Origin: a virus
Lineage: Duplodnaviria; Caudoviricetes
Reading direction: 5' to 3' (one strand)
DNA: 24,909 nt
Virus record (IMG/VR): IMGVR_UViG_3300037467_001292
Coordinates: 1 to 24,909 of that record
The notes under the pieces: model-generated
Seen by the model: the letters and a program-made list of their open reading frames with translations, nothing else
The model's database searches: none
Told to the model about the DNA's origin: nothing
Translations under genes and position numbers: made by a program
Shown here: one piece after another, positions 17,631 through 24,909 of the stretch
How the letters are laid out: the number at the start of each line of letters is the position of its first letter
Position numbering within the stretch: position 1 is the stretch's first letter

Positions 17631-18170
17631 ATGATAGAACAATACATTATTAAAAATGATAATAAAGGTTATTTATCTACAGATGAAAACAGCTTTTCAA
17701 CTTTTTATGAAAATGAGATAAATGATTCTATAATGATCTTTGAAAGTGAAAAAGAAGCTGAAGAGTATATTATGGAAGACGGCGACTATATTTATAAATT
17801 AACTGAAAAAAATATTTTAAATATAGAAATGGCTGAAGATTTTACATGTAAATGTGGTAATAATGCAAATGATTCTGGTTTTTATCCTTGTAATAGGGAA
17901 GGTATAGAAGTAGAACCCGTTAACACTTGGGAAGGTCATTATAAATGTGCTGCATGTGATCAAATTTATTCGCCAATATGGATCGATAGTAATATAACTA
18001 ATAGTGAATATGTAATTAAACATGAAGAAAAAGGCTATTTATGTGAGGATGAAGAACATATTTTAACTTTTTATGATGAAGAAATAACTGAATTTACAAT
18101 TAGATTTGAAAGTGAAGAAGAAGCAAATTTAAATTGTGAAGATGGCGACAAAGTGATCAAAATTAAATAA
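17631..18170 (+). CDS. Acidic protein with duplicated terminal domains flanking a Zn ribbon
   Basis: YIIK..KGYL..FY..EI..FESE.EA..EDGD occurs at both ends; central CKC...CAAC. Confidence 0.75.
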   Translation: MIEQYIIKNDNKGYLSTDENSFSTFYENEINDSIMIFESEKEAEEYIMEDGDYIYKLTEKNILNIEMAEDFTCKCGNNANDSGFYPCNREGIEVEPVNTWEGHYKCAACDQIYSPIWIDSNITNSEYVIKHEEKGYLCEDEEHILTFYDEEITEFTIRFESEEEANLNCEDGDKVIKIK

Positions 18171-18217
18171 AATTTGTCTTTTACTTAAAAAATATAGATA
18201 AAATAAGCAAATAATTC

Positions 18218-18246
18218 TTTACTTTATGCAATTAATGAATTATAAT
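18218..18246 (+). promoter_or_regulatory. Early sigma-A promoter
   Basis: TTTACT-17-TATAAT followed by TAACTTA. Confidence 0.65.
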
Positions 18247-18287
18247 TAACTTATCATATAAATTAAATAAAAAGGAGATTAAGAAAA

Positions 18288-18524
18288 ATGACAATTCAAA
18301 TTACGTTACATTCAAATGAGATCAAGAAAGCTGGAAAACATGAAAAGAGAGAGTATGACAGCTTACAAATTAAACGCTTTGGAAACGGTAGAATATATTT
18401 AACTGCAATTAAAAACAATATGAGAATGTTTGAAGTTAGAAAGCAGATGCAGCTTGAAAACGGAAAAGTATTTTTAAGCTTTGGAAAGAATGATAAATTA
18501 GAAATCGGAACTTATACAGAATAA
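18288..18524 (+). CDS. Hypothetical protein
   Basis: 78 aa, AAAGGAGA RBS. Confidence 0.75.
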   Translation: MTIQITLHSNEIKKAGKHEKREYDSLQIKRFGNGRIYLTAIKNNMRMFEVRKQMQLENGKVFLSFGKNDKLEIGTYTE

Positions 18525-18554
18525 AAATAAAATAAGCAAATATTAAAATAATAG

Positions 18555-18583
18555 TTGTATTTTTGGAGCTTATCGAATATAAT
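18555..18583 (+). promoter_or_regulatory. Early sigma-A promoter
   Basis: TTGTAT-17-TATAAT. Confidence 0.6.
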
Positions 18584-18634
18584 TATAATATAGAAACGAA
18601 AATAAAATAAACAATAAAAAGGAGATCAAAAACA

Positions 18635-18853
18635 ATGAGAGAACAATTAAGAAAGCATATTGCAGAGGAAAATAAATATTATAGCTTATTAGAAAATAAC
18701 CCAAAATACAGATTACAAGGTTATTGTACAAAATTAAAAAAGGTTGTAGTAGGAATTATAAAAGGTGATCCAAAGGCATATAAACAAGAAAGAGATAACC
18801 TTAATTTTAAGAGTTTCGACACTTGGAAAGATGCATATATACAATTAACTTAA
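18635..18853 (+). CDS. Hypothetical protein
   Basis: 72 aa, AAAGGAGA RBS. Confidence 0.75.
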   Translation: MREQLRKHIAEENKYYSLLENNPKYRLQGYCTKLKKVVVGIIKGDPKAYKQERDNLNFKSFDTWKDAYIQLT

Positions 18854-18957
18854 TACTAATTAATTCTTAAAACTATCTATAAGTAAAATAAATATTTATA
18901 GATAGTATTTAGAAATTAATTACATAAATAATAAAATAAAAAGGGGATTGATCAATT

Positions 18958-20832
18958 ATGACAGCTACTTTAAAAATTAATGAAGAATTAAACGGGATTG
19001 AATTATATTTTGCAGCTAAACCAGATCAAAACATTTTAACTAATTTAAAATCAAATGGTTTCCGTTGGTCAAACTTTAAAAAATGCTGGTATACAAAACA
19101 AAATGAAAAATCTTTACAAATTGCAAATAGCTTAGTAAATAATGATAATGTAGTAACTTTACCAGTAAAAGAAACAACTAAAAAAGTAGCAACTACAACA
19201 GAAAAATTAAGTTTATGGAATGCTACTCAATTAATTGATCTTAAAATTAATCAAATTAAAAAAGATCAAGAATGTAAAGAAATAGCAAAGGAAATTAGAA
19301 CACATATTAAAAAACGTTTTCCACAATGTAAATTTTCTGTTACTGTTCCTTATTACGGTAGAATTAACTTTTCAATTAAATCTAGTCCATTCGAAAAAGA
19401 TTCTATTTATTTGAATGCTATTACAGAATATTGCAGTAACTTATTAAGCGCGTATAAACATTGCTATGACGCTGCAGATCATTATTCTGATTATGCTGGT
19501 AGTTATAATTTTACAGGATGGGCTGAAATTGATTGGGATTATAAACAAACTGAAGCTACTGAAGAAATTAAAAACGACATGAAAGAATTTGACCTTAAAC
19601 ATGCAGAATTTGAAAAAGCTGAAAAAGAAAGAAAAGAACTAGAATTCCAATCATACAAAAAAGAGCAAGAAAAAAGAAACGAAGAGTATAAACAATGGCA
19701 GGAAGAAGAGAAGAAACAAATTGAAAATATCTATAATAGTATTGAAGTAAATACATTAGAAGAAGATAAACAATATTTTGTAATTGGATCAGAATTTGCA
19801 GACTTAAATAAAAATAATACACTTGATCAATATAAAGAAGAAGTTCAAACGGGTAGATATTCATTAGAAGACGTTAAAATTACAAAAGAAATTCATTTCA
19901 ACAGCCAAGAAGCTTTAACAAACTTTTCTAATATGCTATTAAATGATTTTGACTTTTTAACTAATACAGGCGGTTCATATACTGATGACAATCGTATTAA
20001 TTCAATGACTGATTATGACAATATGGAAGATGAAAGAAATACAGTAAAATGGAATTTATTAGGGGTTGCAATTTATTTCAATAACAAACTTCAATTTGTT
20101 GTAGATGCTCAAGGCTTTTCATATGCGCGTTATGTAGGATTAACAGACAATGCAACTATTAAAAAATCTTTAAAAGTTGTTCAATTAGTAAATGAAGAAG
20201 AAATAAACGAATTAAAATTAAAAGCTGATCAATTAGAAGATATTTCATTTACAGTTATTTCTGAATTAAACATTGTTAAAACATGGGAAAATGAAAGCTG
20301 GAAAGAATATAAAGAAGCGTTTAAAAATAAATTAAGCGAATACAATTTCAAACTAACTAAAGATATTATTCAACAATTAGAATTTGAATCTTTAAAAGTA
20401 GCAATGTATAAAATTTTACAAGAAGTTGACGGCATACAAGATCAATTTACAAATGCAGATATACAACAAGGTGAAAAAGTAACAATGTTTTATATTTCTG
20501 ATTGGGGTTCTATTGTAACAAATAGAGTTACGTTTGACAGTGTAGAAAATAAAGCATATGCACAATATGAGAACGCCGTAAAAATTAACTTTACACCAGA
20601 GAAGAAAAGACAAATACATTATAAATATCATTACTCTACATTATTAGTATATAAAGGTTGGTATAGTTTACCGGATACAGTTTTAAACCATGTAGAAGAA
20701 AACAACAACGGAATAAGAACAACAAGAAGTAAGTATTCATCATGTGATAAAAAGCAATATGATGAAATTTTAAATCATTTTGAACAACAAGGAATAAAAC
20801 CAATAATCAATACCTATAAAGCTACATTCTAA
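18958..20832 (+). CDS. LPD29 (large polyvalent protein-associated domain 29) containing protein
   Basis: KEIAKEIRTHIKKRFPQCKFSVT resembles LPD29; N-terminal NGIELYF..KP...LK..GFRW...CWY module; central coiled coil. Confidence 0.65.
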   Translation: MTATLKINEELNGIELYFAAKPDQNILTNLKSNGFRWSNFKKCWYTKQNEKSLQIANSLVNNDNVVTLPVKETTKKVATTTEKLSLWNATQLIDLKINQIKKDQECKEIAKEIRTHIKKRFPQCKFSVTVPYYGRINFSIKSSPFEKDSIYLNAITEYCSNLLSAYKHCYDAADHYSDYAGSYNFTGWAEIDWDYKQTEATEEIKNDMKEFDLKHAEFEKAEKERKELEFQSYKKEQEKRNEEYKQWQEEEKKQIENIYNSIEVNTLEEDKQYFVIGSEFADLNKNNTLDQYKEEVQTGRYSLEDVKITKEIHFNSQEALTNFSNMLLNDFDFLTNTGGSYTDDNRINSMTDYDNMEDERNTVKWNLLGVAIYFNNKLQFVVDAQGFSYARYVGLTDNATIKKSLKVVQLVNEEEINELKLKADQLEDISFTVISELNIVKTWENESWKEYKEAFKNKLSEYNFKLTKDIIQQLEFESLKVAMYKILQEVDGIQDQFTNADIQQGEKVTMFYISDWGSIVTNRVTFDSVENKAYAQYENAVKINFTPEKKRQIHYKYHYSTLLVYKGWYSLPDTVLNHVEENNNGIRTTRSKYSSCDKKQYDEILNHFEQQGIKPIINTYKATF

Positions 20833-20898
20833 TATATAAGCAGTTTTAAAAAGGTTTCTGCCTAATAAAAAACCTTTTACCATTAAGGGGGAAATTAC

Positions 20899-22503
20899 AT
20901 GTTTAAAGATAATGCAGACTTTTACCCAACGCCTAAAAATTTAATTAATAAAATGTTATCTAAAATTGATTTTAGAACTATTAGAAGTGTTTTAGAGCCA
21001 AATGGCGGAAAAGGTGACTTAATCGAAGCAATTCAAGAAAAATTTAAATATACTCTGTCTTCATATAATAGAAAAGAAAAAAAGTTCGACATTGATACAA
21101 TTGAACTAGATCAAAACTTACAATACATATTAAAAGGTAAAAATTTAAGACTGGTACATGATGACTTTTTAACTTATTCAACTTATAAAAAATATGATCT
21201 AATTTGTATGAATCCTCCATTTAGTCAAGGAGATAAACATTTATTAAAAGCTATTGAACTGCAGCAGGCTGGCGGGAAAATTGTTTGTATATTAAACTCT
21301 GAAACTTTAAAAAATCCATATAGCAACTATAGAAAAGAATTAATTAATCAATTAGAAAAATATAACGCTACAATAGAATATTTAGAAAATACTTTTACAG
21401 ATGCAGAACGTAAAACAAATGTAGAAATAGCATTGATCTATATTGATATTCCTAAAATTGAATATACTAGTGTTATTGTTAACGAATTGAAGCAAGAAGA
21501 AAAATATAATACTAATAATCATTATGAAAGTGATAAATTAATTAATTCGGATTTTATAAAGGGAATAGTCGATCAATATAATTATGAAGTAAAAGCAGGT
21601 TTAAAACTAATTAATGAATATAATAGTTTAGTCCCTTACATGTTAAGAACTTTTAAAGGTGAAAATAATCCAGTATTAAAGCTTAGTCTAGATTATGAAG
21701 ATAAAGAAGGCAGCAGCTTAGAAAATGCCTATATAAAGCAAATACGCTCAAAATATTGGAGCGCGTTATTTAACAATGATCAATTTATGGGACTGTTTAC
21801 AAGCAATTTAAAACAAAAATATATGCAGCACGTTGAAGAGTTAAAGGACTATGATTTTTCTTTATATAATATTTATTCATTAAGAATTGAATTAAATAAA
21901 GAAATGATTCAAGGCGTTGAAGATACAATATTAAATCTATTTGAAGAATTCAGCCATAAACATTATTATGACGAATCATCTAAGAACATTCATTTATACA
22001 ATGGCTGGAAAACAAATAAATCATATAAGATCAATAAAAAAGTTATTATTCCTTTAAATGGTTTTAATGGCTGGTTTGATAAATGTTACAGGCCTACAGA
22101 TTATAAAATAATTGATAAATTAAAAGATATAGAAAAAGTATTTAATTACTTAGATAATGGCCAAACCGAAGAAATTGACATTACAGATACTTTAAAAATG
22201 GCAGAGCATTACCAGGAAACTAGAAAAATAGATTTAAAATATTTTTACATTACTTTTTATAAAAAAGGTACTTGTCATATTGAATTTAAAAATGATGATC
22301 TATTACAGAAATTTAATTTATATGGTTCTCAGCGTAAAAACTGGTTGCCGCCTTCATATGGGAAAGTAAAATATTCAGACATGACAAGAGAAGAACAAGA
22401 AGTAATTAACCAATTTGAAGGACAACAGTCTTATAATAAAGTAATGAATAATAAATCATACTTTATAGTAGAAACGAGCGAACTATTAAAATTAACTTCT
22501 TGA
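20899..22503 (+). CDS. N6-adenine DNA methyltransferase with C-terminal DUF4942 domain
   Basis: FYPTP, VLEPNGGKG (SAM binding), NPPF (catalytic); C-terminal YFYITFYKKGTCHIEF. Confidence 0.85.
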   Translation: MFKDNADFYPTPKNLINKMLSKIDFRTIRSVLEPNGGKGDLIEAIQEKFKYTLSSYNRKEKKFDIDTIELDQNLQYILKGKNLRLVHDDFLTYSTYKKYDLICMNPPFSQGDKHLLKAIELQQAGGKIVCILNSETLKNPYSNYRKELINQLEKYNATIEYLENTFTDAERKTNVEIALIYIDIPKIEYTSVIVNELKQEEKYNTNNHYESDKLINSDFIKGIVDQYNYEVKAGLKLINEYNSLVPYMLRTFKGENNPVLKLSLDYEDKEGSSLENAYIKQIRSKYWSALFNNDQFMGLFTSNLKQKYMQHVEELKDYDFSLYNIYSLRIELNKEMIQGVEDTILNLFEEFSHKHYYDESSKNIHLYNGWKTNKSYKINKKVIIPLNGFNGWFDKCYRPTDYKIIDKLKDIEKVFNYLDNGQTEEIDITDTLKMAEHYQETRKIDLKYFYITFYKKGTCHIEFKNDDLLQKFNLYGSQRKNWLPPSYGKVKYSDMTREEQEVINQFEGQQSYNKVMNNKSYFIVETSELLKLTS

Positions 22504-22630
22504 TAAAATTTCTCTTTTATGTAGAATAAAATAAACATTAAAACGGTTTAAGGTACGTTACAAACGATTATAAAACAATTCAAGTATATACCTATACAAA
22601 GCAATTAAAACACGAAAAAAAGCCATTTAA

Positions 22631-22667
22631 AAGCCAATAAGCATAATATATAAAAGTTTATTGGCTT
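22631..22667 (+). other. 12-bp hairpin downstream of the methyltransferase
   Basis: AAGCCAATAAGC / GTTTATTGGCTT. Confidence 0.45.
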
Positions 22668-22898
22668 GTATTGTATCTAAATTGAATAAACTAAATATAA
22701 GTTGATCAAATGAAATAGCCCTATAATCTATATTTTAGCAATGTTATTTTAAAAAAGTTGTATGGAATTAGGATGTCTAGAATAATTTGGGAATTATAGG
22801 AAATAGATAATTATAAAATGGAAAAGTACGTATAACAGAAATTAAAAAAGTTACCGGTTAGTTTTTTGGCCGGCCGCGCGCAGGAGGCAGCACGACAC

Positions 22899-23129
22899 AT
22901 GAAAATTATTGATCAAGTTAAAACTGAAAATGAAAGTTTAAATTTATATAGAAAGGATAATCAAATTAATTCTAATTTAAATTGTTTAACTTTATCTTAT
23001 CTTGGTAGAAATGGCCTTCACATTATAAATTATGGACTTGATCAATTAGAACAAGCTAAAGAAAAATTTAACGAATATAAACATATTATAGATAATAATA
23101 TTCAAAATGAAATTAAAGTGATTGTCTGA
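22899..23129 (+). CDS. Hypothetical protein
   Basis: AGGAGG at 22882 and ATG 22899, preferred over TTG 22866. Confidence 0.65.
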   Translation: MKIIDQVKTENESLNLYRKDNQINSNLNCLTLSYLGRNGLHIINYGLDQLEQAKEKFNEYKHIIDNNIQNEIKVIV

Positions 23130-23200
23130 AAGTGTAAAAGCGCATATAACAGCAATGCAAAATTAACGTGAGTGAAATTTAAAAAAGGGGAGTGTTCACA

Positions 23201-23356
23201 ATGAATTTAAAAGATAAAAATATTAATGAGTTAAAAACTATTATTGGATTAATCTTAGAAAGTTTAAATGGAACTGAAGGAAGGGAAAGACACTTCTTAC
23301 TAGGTCTATATAATAAAGCAATTAATACATACAATGAGAAATCGATTCATATATGA
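23201..23356 (+). CDS. Hypothetical protein (51 aa)
   Basis: AAGGGGAG RBS; MNLKDKNINELK... Confidence 0.6.
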   Translation: MNLKDKNINELKTIIGLILESLNGTEGRERHFLLGLYNKAINTYNEKSIHI

Positions 23357-23588
23357 ATACAAGATCAGTAAATTTTTCACTGAAATATAGAACGAGTTGC
23401 ATATTAACCGCATTTTTATTCATTCTCATGTTACTGTTTTTAGTATTCTCATATAACAGCAACTATAAAATAACGCTAGAAGTTTTAGAAAATATAAAAA
23501 TATTTTTATAAGTCTTGAAGGAATATTATAAAATTCACAGAATAAAATAAACATATAGAAATTACTAAAGAGGATAGGAGTTGTTAAT

Positions 23589-23798
23589 ATGCAAGAGTTA
23601 ATAAGAAAGGTAATTGAACACGCGAATTATGAAATAGAAGGAACAGAGCCAACAGAACAAGATGTGATCAATTGTTTCCTGGATTATGTGGACTGTCAAT
23701 ATTATCGTGATCTTACAGTAGATGAAGCAAAGCAAATGTATGAGGATGGAGAAATAACATTTAAGGAAATATGTAATAATATTTTAAAAATAAAATAA
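23589..23798 (+). CDS. Hypothetical acidic protein
   Basis: 69 aa, AGGAG RBS. Confidence 0.7.
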   Translation: MQELIRKVIEHANYEIEGTEPTEQDVINCFLDYVDCQYYRDLTVDEAKQMYEDGEITFKEICNNILKIK

Positions 23799-23849
23799 AT
23801 GTAAATAAACGATTGCATAATATTCCATTTCATATTAAAATAAAATAAA

Positions 23850-23910
23850 CAATTATGAAAAGTAGCTATAACAGCAACCGAATTTTATCTCCAGCTACTT
23901 TTCATAATTG
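23850..23910. repeat. Perfect 18-bp inverted repeat with 25-nt spacer
   Basis: CAATTATGAAAAGTAGCT / AGCTACTTTTCATAATTG. Confidence 0.9.
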
Positions 23911-23988
23911 AGAATTTCAATATAACAGATCGCGAGAATTAACTTTTTCAATAAAATCAAAAATTTATCGAGAATGGAGATGGATTAA

Positions 23989-24150
23989 ATGGAAGATTTA
24001 AAAGGGAAGACTATAGCTAATATAAGATCAATCTATAATGATGGTGGTGTATATATGTTGGAGTTCATATTCACTGATGCGACTGTTTTAAAAGTAGATA
24101 TTGAACGTGGTATAGATTGCTACTTAAAATGGAAAATTGAAACTGAATAA
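23989..24150 (+). CDS. Hypothetical protein (53 aa)
   Basis: GGAGA RBS; MEDLKGKTIANIR... Confidence 0.6.
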   Translation: MEDLKGKTIANIRSIYNDGGVYMLEFIFTDATVLKVDIERGIDCYLKWKIETE

Positions 24151-24169
24151 AAATCTAAGAGGTGAGAAT

Positions 24170-24367
24170 ATGGAAGATTTAAAAGAATCGATTGAAATGG
24201 TTAGAAACGCTCTATTCATCGATGAAGAATCAGAAGCATTTGAAAAGATCATTGAGCGATTAGAAGGCTATGAGATTGCATACAATACAATTCTTGCATC
24301 AAATGAACGACTTGAAAAAGAAAATAAAAAACTAAAGGATACAGTTGATAAATTAAAGTGGCGTTAA
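24170..24367 (+). CDS. Hypothetical coiled-coil protein
   Basis: AAGAGGTG RBS, ATG 24170. Confidence 0.7.
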   Translation: MEDLKESIEMVRNALFIDEESEAFEKIIERLEGYEIAYNTILASNERLEKENKKLKDTVDKLKWR

Positions 24368-24393
24368 TGAGAATATAAAGGGGATGAAAAAAT

Positions 24394-24600
24394 ATGCAAT
24401 GTTATTCATGCTTTGATGACTCAAATTATCAGTATCATGGTATTAATTACAACCTAAAAGCAGAACAAGAAAAATATCTTGAAACATACAAAAGTTTAGG
24501 TAAGCCAGTTATTGAATGTGTTACTTGTGGAGCGAGAAAGAAATATGATGAAAAAGAAGATGGTAGATGGCAAGAAGTATTAGTACCTACTATATCTTAA
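24394..24600 (+). CDS. Small Zn-ribbon protein
   Basis: CYSC...CVTC; AAGGGGA RBS. Confidence 0.7.
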   Translation: MQCYSCFDDSNYQYHGINYNLKAEQEKYLETYKSLGKPVIECVTCGARKKYDEKEDGRWQEVLVPTIS

Positions 24601-24646
24601 AAGAATAACAGAGTAGATAAAATTGTGATTTTAAGGAGAGAAGAAA

Positions 24647-24868
24647 ATGAGCGAATTAACAGAAGTTGTTAAATGGTTTGAAGAAAAAGATGAGGATCAG
24701 GATGAACTGCTAGTTAGTCATTTAAGTGATAATGAGCTTTATGTAAAGGTTACTGATAGATTAGATGAAGAAGAAGCAGCATTTGTATTCGGAGATAATG
24801 ACAAAGATCGCGAACGCGCCAAACAATTATTAGAAGTGATTCAGAGTTACATAAACAAATCTAAATAA
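24647..24868 (+). CDS. Hypothetical acidic protein
   Basis: 73 aa, AAGGAGA RBS. Confidence 0.7.
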   Translation: MSELTEVVKWFEEKDEDQDELLVSHLSDNELYVKVTDRLDEEEAAFVFGDNDKDRERAKQLLEVIQSYINKSK

Positions 24869-24909
24869 AACTAAACTTTAGGGAGAGATGAAAAAATGAA
24901 TGTTAATTT

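Noticed and set aside
11542-20631. Minus-strand ORFs at 11542, 15388, 17817, 19595 and 20416
   Set aside because: Antisense to real genes, with composition typical of reverse-complemented A-rich coding DNA.
10930-22630. Loose similarity between 10930-11035 and 22540-22630 around AGTATA (res-site-like)
   Set aside because: The alignment is too weak to distinguish from chance in AT-rich DNA.
24888-24909. Start of a further gene after a GGGAGAG RBS
   Set aside because: Only a few codons are inside the window.

Overview
AT-rich segment of a large Bacillota (probably Bacillus-group) tailed phage or prophage with SPbeta-like gene order. The left arm (minus strand, 1-10.8 kb) is a late/packaging module. 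It holds a partial portal, terminase large and small subunits, a ClpP-like protease, a YonJ-like metallophosphoesterase, a YonK-like protein, PIN-PhoH, HU and a sigma-region-4/Zn-finger protein. A ~700-nt densely structured non-coding block between phoH and yonK holds two related tRNA-like elements lacking a convincing D-stem, plus a pseudoknot. The centre (11-15 kb) has a tandem winged-helix Rep-like gene followed by three iteron-like repeats, a 1.3-kb non-coding tract with an abrupt G/C strand-skew switch, and an orphan gene followed by a perfect 16-bp inverted repeat. The right arm (plus strand, 15-25 kb) is an early region of short genes driven by serial sigma-A promoters, including an ADP-ribosyltransferase, an LPD29 protein and a DUF4942 adenine methyltransferase. 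Several recurrent motifs punctuate the window: TAAAAT-N5-TTTTA at gene ends, AATAAAATAAACA near promoters, TATAACAG, and bulged-A hairpins. All calls come from reading the sequence by eye; no searches were run.
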